DNA from: Octopus sinensis
Taxonomy: Eukaryota
DNA length: 64,000 nucleotides
Assembly: GCF_006345805.1 (NCBI RefSeq)
Contig: NC_043007.1
Span: 40,672,001-40,736,000, forward strand
Direction: 5' to 3'
Shown: positions 1 to 45,740 of the stretch, piece after piece
How the letters are laid out: each line of letters opens with the position of its first letter
Position numbering within the stretch: position 1 is the first letter of the stretch
The notes under the pieces: model-generated
Seen by the model: only the letters and a program-made list of their open reading frames with translations
Databases searched by the model: none
Told to the model about the DNA's origin: nothing
Program-made: the position numbers and the translations under genes

Positions 1-233
1 AAAACTTAAGCCAATACATAAGATTAATTAATTTATATTATTTAAATATATATCAAAATTATTAAAAAAGATAATTAATATAACAGTACGATCGTTTCAT
101 GGCTGTTCAATTCTTAAAATTTTCGAGTTACAGTCATTCTTCAGGTGGTTTACATATTTAACTTGGCGAGGTTTAATCAATGAAGTATATATAGGTATAT
201 ATATATTTAGTCACATTCACACCCACATTTACA

Positions 234-278
<45 letters not shown>

Positions 279-419
279 ACACACATATATAGAACGAAGT
301 ATAAGGAAAGGAAAAAAATTACAGTTTTTGCAAATACTAAGTATATATATATTTTTATATATATTCTTTATTTGGACTGTACCAGCGGACTTAGATGTTT
401 GACATTTCGGTCCTCATCG

Positions 420-464
<45 letters not shown>

Positions 465-466
<2 letters not shown>

Positions 467-600
467 CGGGAAAGTTTACGAACATAAACAAAATTAGTAT
501 AGCGCTCAGGTGGAGTACAAATAAACAAAGAAAAGTCTTTTACGTTTCGAGCCTACGCTCTTCGACAGAAAGATACAAAAAAAAGTTGAGAAACAAATAT
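465..600 (-). mobile_element. Short 3'-terminal fragment of a Penelope element related to the 50-55 kb copy
   Basis: acgtttcgagcctacgctcttcgacagaaagatac matches 50295-50330; it abuts (TA)n. Confidence 0.75.
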
Positions 601-609
601 ATATATATT

Positions 610-713
<104 letters not shown>

Positions 714-799
714 TATGCGTGTGTGCGTGTGTGTGTGTAGAAATATATATTCATAAAACATCGAAACTTTATTCTCTCCAGCGCCGCCCCGAGCACTGC

Positions 800-1020
800 A
801 TCATTTGCTCACTGCAACACAATTTCCATTTTCTCAAAAGGCCCTTCTCTCTTTAACATTACCCCAAAACAAATCATAGAAGAAAAGGCTCCCATCACCT
901 TCAAAAGAGACATGGACACATTTCATCAAGGGATTCCAGAAAAGCTGCCTATGCCTGGGTGTATCTCAGCCAACAACTCACAACAGGAATGAGAAATGAT
1001 GCTACAATAATTGACTTAAA
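800..1020 (+). mobile_element. Degenerate 3' end of a CR1/Jockey-type LINE
   Basis: Reads ITFKRDMDTFHQGIPEKLPMPG, resembling the FK..LD.....IPD.P terminus of such ORF2 proteins. Confidence 0.4.
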
Positions 1021-1248
1021 AGTGACCTAACAGATCCTATTATGTAGTGCTGTCAAGTTAAACGTGGTTTGAACCAAATTTTGGTCGAAACATATCCGAG
1101 TTATTTAAGTTCACCCAATGCTGTGGCCACGTTTCATATACCCATACACAATTCAAAATCAAAACACATGAATTCACTGCAACACAATTTCTTTTCCGCA
1201 AATGGCCCTGCTATACAAATGCATGCAAATATATGTATTGTTACATAC

Positions 1249-1387
1249 CAAAGAATACGTAGAAAAAACTATTTATCGACGCTAAAATTACAGAGGCACA
1301 AATCAGAACGAATTGAGTGGTGTGGAAAAATCTTGTTTGTCCCAGAACACGTAGGATTCGATCAACGTCAACTTGGGAAGATCTCAT
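1249..1387 (-). CDS. SLC22-family transporter paralog A, coding exon 1 (gene continues off the left edge)
   Basis: ATG at 1387 reads MRSSQVDVDRILRVLGQTRFFHTTQFVLICASVILASINSFFYVFF(G), then donor GTATGT. Same length (139 nt), phase 1 and sequence as paralog B exon 1 (42150-42288). Confidence 0.9.
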
Positions 1388-1933
1388 ACTGTTTTACTTT
1401 CTTCAATAATTATATTCCAAGGTTATATAATATATAAATTCCAGTTTCTCTAATTGTCTGCTTAACACACACACACACACACCACACACACACACACACA
1501 CACAAACATAACACACACACACGCTCACTCTCACACTCTATATCTTTCTCTCCCCACTAAGTTAAATAAACAACTACACACATATACATGCATAATAATG
1601 CACCAAGCACATGGTTTCATGCTCTCCAAGTTCAATTACTTAAACATTAGTGCCAGTCGACTTCTAATACAAACTTCTCTCATTCTAGCTTTTACATAGT
1701 CGATGTTGCAGTGAGCCAAGTGTGGAAGGAGCAACATGGTAGCTATGACTGTTGCCATTAATCCGGAGTTAAAATCGTTAAACGACATCATAACGCAAGC
1801 TCCCAAATCAAACACGTTTGTCAGTGATAGCTAAGCTTATTTCAATGTGTCGTAGTCTGCCTGTATGTCTGTACCTGTTTTTATCCCTCTTTCTATCCCT
1901 CTTTATCTCTCTCCGTACAGATATAAATATATG

Positions 1934-2006
<73 letters not shown>

Positions 2007-2696
2007 TGCTCGTGACCAGTTCGGTCACCGGCAAAGTCTGAGTTTCCCAGCAACGGAATTTTCTTTCGTGGGGTTTCTTTTCTTTTCCAGATTATTTCGG
2101 ATGCATTCAACGAACGTGACATCGAAATCACGCGTAAACGGCCCCTTTCCACAGAAAATAAAATGTTTAACTGCTATTTCTTTCATACCCTGCTACCACG
2201 TAACCGGTATTTCGGGGCTTTTATGGAATATTTACGGTATTTTTGAAGTCATTTTCACTTTAAAATATTTCTTGAATATGCCAAAAATTTTGTAATAGCA
2301 TTCACTTGAAAATAATTTTAAAAAACATAAAAATATTGTCTGTTTAAAAAAAGCTAAAATATGAATACTTACTGCACAAACAATTTACATTTTTGAAATC
2401 ACATTCACATAAAAAGATTTGTAAATGACTAAAATACTGTTTAGCAAAAGCGAAAATAGAAACATCTTGCTGTAAAAAAAATTCGTATTTTTTCATTGTC
2501 AAGTCATTGTGTCTTATCGAAAGGTAAGACTTTCTTCCCTTCAAGATTAAATTATCCACGCGAATTGGAATTTTTTGTCGAGGGCTTAGTCAGTGCACGG
2601 TGATCGCCATAAGATTTAAGCTTATATAAAAATACCATTATTATTATGTGCAGGATTGTAAAAACGGTGCCGTATAAAAAAATACTCGCACTCAAA

Positions 2697-2735
<39 letters not shown>

Positions 2736-2738
2736 TAG

Positions 2739-3863
2739 TTATAAAATTTATGAATAAATGAAAGAATGGAGTTGAACGACAAATTAACAAATTTCCTTTA
2801 TTTTAGACATATGTTTCGAAGGCTGCATATTCCTAATTGTGAAGGAATAAGGAGTACATTATGCCGCTTTCTCATCAGGAAAAACAAGGAATTTATGTCA
2901 ACATCAAGATTCACAAAAACTTTTTGATGACTGCTCTCACGGAGCGCATAGCGATAATGAGTGTCTCTTTAATATTCCTTTATAAGGAGTGACGTCAAAA
3001 ATTCAGAATTACAGACGCCACAAATTTGTGGCGTATGTAATTCTGAATTTTTTCATATATTATTCGCCAAAATACCTTTAATAAACTCAATCGTCGAGAG
3101 GTCCTACAGGTGCTTGCACTGGAGAAAACACACCTTTCACTCATATGAATAATGACTAACATAGATAACCCCCTTGAATTTTTATTAATATATTTCCATT
3201 TATATATTTCACCCCTTTAGTTTAAAAATTTTTTTATGCTTTCAAAGACATACTACCCAATCTATTGAGGTTTGTTTTGCCTTTGTCCCAATACCTCGCC
3301 CTCCTCTTTCTTTTTCTCTTTCTTCCCCTCTATCTATAGTAATCAAGCACACAGACACATATCTGCTACAACACAACTATCTGTTTTTTTGACATCTACC
3401 CAGCCACATACACACACATAGGTATTAATACAGTTATATTCATTCACTCACACAGACACTCATTCACAAAACAATTTAACAAAACCCACCATACATACGA
3501 CCTGTTCCAAATCACCTTACTTTTCTTAGGCCTCTCTCTCCCCCTACTTCGTTTGAACTCTTGAACCTTTAGAACCTTCTAGAATTTTCTACATTCAACC
3601 AGTTTCACGTCACTCCTTATAAAGGAATATTAAAGAGACACTCATTATCGCTATGCGCTCCGTGAGAGCAGTCATCAAAAAGTTTTTGTGAATCTTGATG
3701 TTGACATAAATTCCTTATTTTTCCTGATGAGAAAGCGGCATAATGTACTCCTTATTCCTTCACAATTAGGAATATGCAGCCTTCGAAACATATGTCGAAA
3801 ATAAAGGAAATTTGTTAATTTGTCGTTCAACTCCATTCTTTCATTTATTCATAAATTTTATAA
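2739..3863. mobile_element. Foldback element with 257-bp near-perfect inverted arms, each carrying a hammerhead ribozyme motif
   Basis: Arms 2739-2995 and 3607-3863 are reverse complements with about 2 visible mismatches. A third partial arm lies at 4780-4858. Confidence 0.85.
3711..3809 (+). ncRNA. Type I hammerhead ribozyme motif
   Basis: CUGAUGA 3724-3730; stem II GAAAGCGGCAUA/UAUGCAGCCUUC; GAAA 3785-3788; helix III AC-AUAU-GU; GUC triplet ending at 3796; stem I UUUUC/GAAAA plus UUCCUU/AAGGAA. Confidence 0.75.
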
Positions 3864-4221
3864 AAATACACACAAATTTCCACACGAAAACACGTAGTCT
3901 CTGCCCTAGGCACGTAACTTCAACCGTGCTATTTCTGATGTGAATTTGCTACCCAGGTATCGGTTAAACGAATTATCCATAAAAAGATATTTCATTTTTC
4001 TATTCAAATATATATATATATATATATAGTAGAAATATGTTATAAAAGAAAGTATAAAATACACATGGAAATGTAAGCGTAAAATATGAAAAATCCACGA
4101 AAATGCATATATATATATGTATGTATGTATGTGTGTATGTATGTATGTATGTATGTATGTATGTATGTATGTATGTATGTATGTACGTATGTATTTATGT
4201 ATGTAAATATGTATATATACA

Positions 4222-4286
<65 letters not shown>

Positions 4287-4559
4287 ATGTCTTTGTGTGT
4301 GTGTATACATACATATATATATATATATTTATGATTTATGTATGAACATCATTGTTCAGTTTTATTTTAAGATTTGTTGCCAATACAGAAAGAGCCGGTT
4401 TCTAACCGAGATCCAAGAACTTTCATTGGAACTTCAACGTCAACAACAGGGCATTTTTGTATGTATGTACACGTGCAGATTTGTACGTTTAGTTTAATGT
4501 ATGTCTTCTCATGCATATACTTGTATGCCTAGACTTGCTCGCATATTCTTAAATGAAAA

Positions 4560-4975
4560 ACTTCTGGAAATTTTTACTGATTTTTACAGTACTAGTGATG
4601 TCTTGGATCTATATTCTTCGAATCAGCTGTTTCCTTTCTGATTTTGAGAAGACTAATTTCACATGATTGGCATTTAGGCAGTGTGTTACATATCCCCATG
4701 TCCCAATAATTATAGGTACAAATATGAACTTTTAGTATGGATAGAGTAATTGCAATATATTTATATATAAATATATTTATAAAATTTATGAATAAATGAA
4801 AGAATGGAGTTGAACGACAAATTAACAAATTTTCTTTATTTTCGACATATGTTTCGAAGATTTCTCAATAGGCCTGCGTTGGTATTTTGTTTTTCACTGA
4901 CCTTCAACTTTCTGTTAACATCCACTGGGCAGCTGATTTCCACAACAGTACACAATTTCTCTTCTCTTTCCACAT
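4560..4975 (-). mobile_element. Decayed 3' fragment of a REL-endonuclease (R4-like) non-LTR retrotransposon
   Basis: LCTVVEISCPVDVN..KVSEK followed by FIFVPIIIGTWG, the C-terminal REL pattern. Confidence 0.55.
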
Positions 4976-5256
4976 CATGTATGTATGTATGTATTATGTA
5001 TGTATGTATGTATGTATGTATGTATGTATGTATGTATGTATGTATGTATGTATGTATGTATGTATGTATGTAGGAATGTATGTATCTATGTATGCATATA
5101 TGTTTGCGTGAGTATATTGTTCTCGTGTGAATATCAGAATTAAAATAACTTTTATACATATATATGTGCGTGTGTGCGTGCGTTCGTGCGTCCGTTTGTA
5201 TGCGTGCGAGCGTGCGTCCGTCTGTGTGTGTGTGTCTGTATGTGTGTGTATAATTA

Positions 5257-6018
5257 TATGGTGCATTCCAGAAGTTTTAAGTCTGTTTCAGACGAGATAT
5301 TAATGTCAGATGAGTACAAAACTATTACCTTCAAAGTATCTTCCAACTTCTGTACTTGTAGAGGTCCCACAGACGCATCCAAAGTGAAAGCATCCAGAAC
5401 CTTTGTCACAGCCACCTTTATTTTCTCATTCAGCTTGGGTAACAACCAAAAGTGTCAGGGAACAAAATTTGAACTGCAAGCTGGATGGGGACCAGTGTTC
5501 ATACCCATCTTTGTATTTGGTTACTAGGACAGAATTGTAGGCTGGTGCTCTGGCCCTTAGCGATGAAATCTCTTCTTGAACTCCCTCTGTCTGACCAGAG
5601 AGATTCCAGTGGATATCGATGATGCTATTGTTGGCGAAAAAGGGGATCACCACGAGCCTCCCGGGGTACTTGCTTTCCCTGGTCTATTGTGCCAGTGAAA
5701 AGCAGACGCTTAGCTCATGCAGTCTGGAACATTTCATAAGTCTCCTCAGCGTTTTTGCTTAGTTTGACATAAAATTTAATTGCATTACAATCTTCCAAAT
5801 TGTCCCGACTCCATTCAGAAAACTACTCGGCTGTGACAAGCAACATTTATCTGGATGTGTTGTGAGTGCTTTCACAGTCGTATCCTTCAATGTGGAATAA
5901 CAAGAGTTGGCAGGTCAGCTTATTTGATGTATCGTACTGACATTTTAAAATCGCAACAATCTAGGATATTTATTTCTGCCTCTCCTAAAAGTTTTCAAAT
6001 CCTCCGGAATTCACCTCG
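5257..6018 (-). mobile_element. Internally deleted mariner transposon
   Basis: Degenerate TIRs (tatggtgcattccagaag / rc cgaggtgaattccggagg) flanked by TA; transposase remnant IKFYVKLSKNAEETYEMF. Confidence 0.7.
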
Positions 6019-7040
6019 TATTCAAAATGCAATATTTCCTAAACAATTTCCTTCGTTAATTGGAAAGACATTTTCGAATTAGTAAGTCATTAAAACATAA
6101 TGATGTGCTAAAGTCGAAATAACATACCACAATTTTAGTCCATCCCACAAATAGGAAGCAAAATCATATTAAATTTAATCTTATGTATTTTCCGGTTTTG
6201 CTCAAGAACCGCTGGATGGATTCGGATAAAACCTTCAGGGATGTTTAGCTTCGTGACTGGCACGACTGATTAGATTATGGGATCGATCCGATATCGGAAA
6301 AAGATTCTGGATTATTTTTCTTATCAATTTGCTTAATTTTTGAGAGCGGTCGGGTTCATTGTTAGTATTCTCGTTTGTTGTCGAGTTTATTTGAGTTATT
6401 TTCATTTTAAAACTCATCTCTGGCTTAATTGTTGAGAGGACGTTGGTGTCGCCTTGGCGGAGGTTTGCGTTCTCTGATTGCTCTTGTTAATATTTTGTTC
6501 TTTCACTTTTTCTATCACTTGACGCATATGCTTTTCTGAATTAACTACTGTTTGCTCAGTCAAAACTTTTCCAATGTGACCAACAAGAGATGTTAAGTAA
6601 GTGAAAGGTAGCATACCAGTTGCTATGAACAGAGCCATCACTCCAATATCACAAATTATTCACAATTAAAATACACACGCCCCATGCAACAAAGGCGTAA
6701 ACTTGCTAGCCACTTTATTATTATCAAAATTATTATTAATACCGGTAATAATACTTATGTAAATTTAAATAAAACTGGCTCACGATCGATAAGTTCGTTT
6801 TAAATATCGCGGGGGCATTCAAATGTAAGAACGCATACGATGTAATGCAATGAATATTTCATAAATAGATGTTGTACCGTTAAGTTTGCCTGATGAGGTT
6901 AAGTACGATTTTTCATAAAGAAAGCGAAATCAATTGATCCTGAGATATGCGCATTACTTACTTCTGTATTGCACGCAAGGTAAGTCGCCTGTTTCTGTTC
7001 TGTTTATTGCATTGGCCGTGTGTACTTTAATTACTCTTAT

Positions 7041-7220
7041 ACTCTTTTACTTGTTTATAAGCATTTGACTGTGGCCATGCTGGAGCACCGCCTGTAGGCG
7101 AGTAAATCGACTCCAGGACATATTCTTTGTAAGCTTAGTACTTAATCTATCTATCCCTTTTGGGGCAACAAAAACACACACACAAACATATACACACGCA
7201 TACATACATACATACATACA

Positions 7221-7292
<72 letters not shown>

Positions 7293-7452
7293 TACGACAG
7301 GCTTCTTTCAGTTTCCTCTACCGAATCCACTCGCAAGGCTTTGGTCGGCCCGAGGCTATAGTAGAAGGTACTTGCCCAAGGTGTCATGCAGTGGGACTGA
7401 ACCCGGAACCATGAGGTCGGTAAGCAAGCTACTTACCACACAGTCGCTCCTA
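7041..7452 (-). mobile_element. tRNA-derived CORE-type octopus SINE (OR-like)
   Basis: Head ggttcagtcccactgc + CORE-like accttgggcaagt; tail atggccacagtcaaatg..aaacaagtaaaagag. Confidence 0.8.
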
Positions 7453-8077
7453 ATTTGTGGTTTTGGAGCAATGGCTCTGTTTAGAGCAGCGGGTATGCTT
7501 TGTATTTTGAATTTTTTATTCAAATATGAACTAAATTCAAAATTCTATTGTATTTTGAATTTAGTTCATATTTTACCTGTAAAAGTGTAAATTTGCTAAC
7601 CACTTTATTATTACCAAAATTATTATTAATAAAGGTAATAATACTTATTTAATTTAGAATTTATATAAATATAAATTAGAAATGGAAACCAAAATAATAA
7701 ATTGTACAATCAAATTAATTAATGATTAAATGATAAATTCAATTCAATTTTATTGTTTTATAGAAAGAAATGTCACCTTGTAAATTACAGCTGTTTCAAC
7801 ACCATTAATAAAGACAAGTTTTTCAAGAATAAAAAAATACCATTTAAATTTAATAAGGTTTCACAAGATAGAATTTATATATATATATATGTATATAAAT
7901 AATTATTAAATTAGAGATAAAACCATTATTAGGCAAATCAAACAGTGAAAAACATAAACCAAAATATAAAGATAAAATTAATTAATACAATATACAAAAT
8001 ATATAAAATATAAAATTCAAAATTTAAATTATTTAAATTTAAAGTGAAAAATTTAAATTATTAATTTATATTTATAA

Positions 8078-8129
<52 letters not shown>

Positions 8130-8944
8130 TTGTTTATTTTTATTTGTATTTTTTTATATATTTATTTATTATTTATTTTTTTAACTATCAAAAAGTATTA
8201 AAAAGTTTAATATGTGTGTGTCTGTGTGTCTGTGTGTCTGTGTGTATGTATAATGTTTGCGGAATCTAGTACAAGGAATCCATAAAGGATTATCTTGAGA
8301 GGAAACCATTAAACAGGAATAACGTGTTCCAAATGTGATCCTCCGATAATAGGATATCAACATAAAGGAAGAATAATATGTGACCCGGATAAGCATAAGA
8401 GTACTAGGCATAGTAACTGGTCATTCTTTTGGGTTTAACTAACAAAAACCAAAATAAAAGAGCTAAAAATATATGCCGGAAAATGAAAAAAGCGTGAGAA
8501 GAAAATTGAACATAAATAGTGAGGAGATAAAATATAGCGTATACTTCACATGTCCTCTAAAACTCTGAGAATCAAGAGGATTGAAATGTGGAACATTAAA
8601 TGTTATTTCTGCTGATGTTGGATTTCCTCAACAGCATCTAGCTTCTTTCTAATTTTGACAACATAGGATCGGGTACACATTTAGGAAGCAAGCTATCTCT
8701 GCATCACTATACTTCCCTTTTAAGGCAACGATTACACCATGATTTTAATTTGCTGAGCTAACATGGTGCATGACTTTATTATCTGAAAGGTAAAGTAAAA
8801 AAAAAAGTTAGAAGTGTTAGAGCTCTTCAAAGGGATAATCCTCAAAAAACTGATGCAACATATATATATATACACACAAACACACACACACACACACACA
8901 AACACACACAAACACACACACTCAAACACACACATACACACACA

Positions 8945-8983
<39 letters not shown>

Positions 8984-9362
8984 ACACACATATATATATA
9001 TATGATATCTTCAACATCAATAGTATTGATAGTGACTTCGGGGTGTGTGGAGCTCTGTTGAATGATACTTAGGTTGTAGGGTAAGTTCTGCTGAAGAGTT
9101 ATTAACAATTCTACTGATTAAATTTGGGGGTTAATTACATTTTTTTGTTCAGAATGTATTCATGCATATAGAACTATGTATTCTGGTGTGTATATTTAGG
9201 TGTGTCAACTTCAGGTCATAGGATTGATTTTGGGGTTTCACAAAAGACTATAGTGAAATGGAATGCGTTGAATTGGACTGTAAAACATCATCCCAACATA
9301 CACTTCATGTTTTGAATTTTTAATGAATTTAATCTTGCTGTCTAAGACCCTCTCAAATATTT

Positions 9363-42288
<32,926 letters not shown>

Positions 42289-42829
42289 ATTGTTTTTGTG
42301 TCTTCTGTTAATACATTCGAAGGTTTTTATATACTCCACTTTATCTAATTATCTGCAACTCTCTCTCATGCTCTCTCACTCTCTATCTGTCACTCTCCCT
42401 CTCTTACTGTTCGAACCTCTCTATCTTTGTCTCTTTGTTTGCCCTCAAAGATAAATGTATAATTATACATGCATACGTAAACTAGTCATCTGTATCGTAT
42501 GATGTTCCGCTAATGCCTGCACATAAAAATTAATATTAGCAGAGGGCCTATGCAAATTTCTCTCCTTCAAGCTGAATACACGCAAATACATACATATATA
42601 CATTCACACACCTACATGTATGTATATGTGTCTGTCTGTCTATCTGTATATATGTATGTATGTATTTGTGTCTAGTTCCGGAGAGGAAGTGCACACAAAT
42701 ATGTAAACATTATGTAACTTTATGTTTCTCTATGAATAAAAGCAACCAATATCAAGTATAAATAATCTCCTGTTCGTGTGGTGTGTGTGAATATCAGTAT
42801 TAATTAGATAAAATGACTTTGATAGGCAT

Positions 42830-43655
42830 TTCCAATGTGCAGTCGTAACATAAATTTCAAAGAAATGCAAAACTCTAATTTCCTTCAAAGTAAAGTCCTC
42901 TGACATCATGCACTTGTAGCACTCCATCCACTTCGTAAAGATCCCATTGAAATCATCTAAACTGGAGTTATCCAGAACCTTTGTCGAAACCTTTTTCATG
43001 TTCACCTTCATCTTGGGAACAACCAAAATTCATAGGGAGCAAGGTGTGGACTGTAAGTAAGGTGATGCACAGTTTTGATACACATCTCTGTCAAATAATT
43101 GGTTACCAGGATGGAATTATCCTGTTACTAGTGTTCTGACCCTTTGCGATGAAATCTCTTTCTGAACTCCCGCGAAACCTCTACAATGTCCTTTTGTTTA
43201 CCGCCTGACCAGAGGTGAACCCAGTGAATGTAGACGATGCCATTGCTGACGAAAAAGCGGATCATCTTGAGATTCCTGTTGGACTTCCTATGCCTGGCCT
43301 CTTATGCTGGCGGAAAACAGATGCTCGGCTCCTACAATTAATCTATAAGCAGTTTGGAACATTTAATAAGTTTATTTAACGTATTTTCCCAGTTTCACAC
43401 AAAATCTTATTGCATAACGAGCTTCCGAACTATCTTCTTGTATCCAACTGCATCCTGCAAACTAATCAGCTGTGGCAAACATGGTTTAATGGTGAGTGTT
43501 CAAAGTGCTGTTTACAGCCGTCTCCTTATAAATCTAATAGCAAAAGTTGGTAGGTCAGTTTATTAAGATGTACAGTAATGATATTCTAAATTTACAATAA
43601 TCTCGGGCATTTACAACTGCGTCTCTTAAAATGTCTCATTCTGGAAATCATCTCG
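42830..43655 (-). mobile_element. Mariner remnant homologous to 5257-6018 (left end approximate)
   Basis: Same TIR (catctcg|ta); C-terminal remnant FNGIFTKWMECYKCMMSEDF. Confidence 0.65.
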
Positions 43656-43808
43656 TATTTAGATGCAATATTATCCGAGCCGGTTTGAAGCCAACAACAA
43701 CCATCTCTTTCTCAAAAATTCCATACTTTAACTGACAAGGAATTGGCAAATTAGCAAGTAATTAAGTCCATTCCATTGACAGAAAGCAAAATTATATCAA
43801 ATTTAACC

Positions 43809-44318
43809 TACAGGTGTTGAACAAAATAATGGAAACACCTTAAAATTTTAAACAGATTTTAATGTGAAGGAGGACCGCTTTTGGCAGTAATTACACTTTG
43901 AATTCTACGAGGTGTGGACTCATACAAATTTGAATTGTTTCCAAAGGAAAGTTTGTCCATTCTTCAGCTAAAACAGTCTCCAGTTCTTGTAGTGATGATG
44001 GTGGAGGATATCGACACTTTACTTGTTTTTCTAAAATGCACCATAGATATTCAATGATATTGAGATTTGTGGACTGTGGTGCATAGATAAAATGTTCAAC
44101 TTCACTAGAATGTTCCTTGTGCCATTCAGTAACAAATTTAGCCATGTAAATTGGTGCATTATCATCCTGAAATAGTGCGTTTCCCGCTGGAAACATTTCC
44201 GCAAACATAGAATGAATTTGAACAGATAAAGTACTTAAATAGTCTTGACTATTAATTCTGCCCTGAAAGGAAACCATTAGCTCGGCGCATTTCCAAGATA
44301 TATCCCCCCCAGACCATG
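43809..44318 (-). mobile_element. 3' half of the same Tc1 family
   Basis: ORF 43891-44349: FQDDNAPIY, NLNIIEYLW; TIR caggtgttgaacaaaataatggaaacacc. Confidence 0.85.
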
Positions 44319-44790
44319 ACAGTATACAACCACTATATCGCTCCACCACCGCTCATGTCTCTCTGAGACATTTAGAAATTCAATATTTATAATTTTGGTG
44401 ATCAGTAAATAAATTTTACTGAAAATAGGATATATTTGCTGAGAAGTTGCAGTCACCTCAGCAAGCGAGGCTGCCTACCCTGGACTGATGACGAGCAATA
44501 CACTCAGAAATATATGACTTCAGGTGCTAGTCTCAGTTGGTGGAGGTGATTGCCTCCTCTTTGCAAAAATAAGGACACACAAAATGTGTCAAAGCCGACA
44601 GGAAACGTCGATGTTTCCTAGGGCTAAATGGCGGTGGTGTAATTCCCTTACGGGACTGCCACGTTGAGTTGACAGTATACAACCATTATATCGCTCCACC
44701 ACCGCTCATGTCTCTCTGAGACGTTTAGTAATTCAATATTTCTAAATATATATATATATATAATGAATATATATGTATATATGTATATGT

Positions 44791-44823
<33 letters not shown>

Positions 44824-45384
44824 AGGTATACAGATTTCTATCTAACGATGTAATAATGTAAGAGATATAAGTTGAATATAATGAAAATAATGCAAAAATA
44901 TTTTCCGATGTAAACAGACGAATTAAAGATCGAAAAATAGTAATAACTTCGGAAGTTAACAACAATATATGATAATATAAGGATAATAAAGAATACAAAT
45001 TGTATTAAAATAATCTAAATTAAAAAAATTATCATGTATATAATTTTTTTTAAAGTAGTGCGTTGGGTTAAAGGTAATCAATGTGTCTTAGAAGGGAAGA
45101 TTTATGATAAGGGTTAGTGAGTAGGATTTGTAGGATATCAGAACTTCATAGAAAAATCGTAGAAATATCTGAATGGGTCAAAATATATTAGCCTTATCCA
45201 AGAGAGGGTTAATATGTTTTTCCATTGATGCATTGCCTGCTTTTAATCTTATTTTCCACCTACAAGTGACACCCATGTTCTATTTTAGTTTACAAATGAT
45301 TTTGATAAAACTGGAGAAGCCTTTTACATTACATCTCCAAATAAGACGGTTGTACGGTTACATATATTTTTTGTTTTTTTTTTT

Positions 45385-45593
45385 ACTCTTTTTACTTGTT
45401 TCAGTCATTTGACCGTGGCCATGCTGGAGCACCGCCTTTAGTGGAGCACATCGACCCCAGGACTTATTCTTTGTAAGCTTAGTACTTATTCTATCGGTCT
45501 CTTTTGCAGAACCGCTAAGTTACGGGGACGTAAACACATCAGCATCGGTTGTCAAGCGATGTTGGGGGGACAAACACAGACACACAAACATAT

Positions 45594-45672
<79 letters not shown>

Positions 45673-45738
45673 CGACGGGCTTCTTACAGTTTCCGTCTAC
45701 CAAATCCACTCACAAGGCTTTGGTCGGCCCGAGGCTAT
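45385..45738 (-). mobile_element. Same CORE-type SINE family, 5'-truncated
   Basis: Matches the 47651-48012 copy in reverse complement. Confidence 0.85.
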
Positions 45739-45740
45739 GT

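Noticed and set aside
1069-1437. 122-aa plus-strand ORF
   Set aside because: It is the antisense shadow of paralog A exon 1; the minus-strand frame carries the homology and splice donor.
2368-2470. Possible non-coding 5' exon of paralog A (ttttacag ... GTAAGT on the minus strand)
   Set aside because: Splice-like motifs alone are common in AT-rich DNA, and I saw no counterpart upstream of paralog B.
6889-6935. CTGATGA...GCGAAA motif
   Set aside because: Stem II and stem I cannot be paired convincingly.
44318-44742. ~74-bp direct repeat (44318 and 44670) at the Tc1 breakpoint
   Set aside because: Real, but most simply a local duplication at a deletion junction; no further structure.
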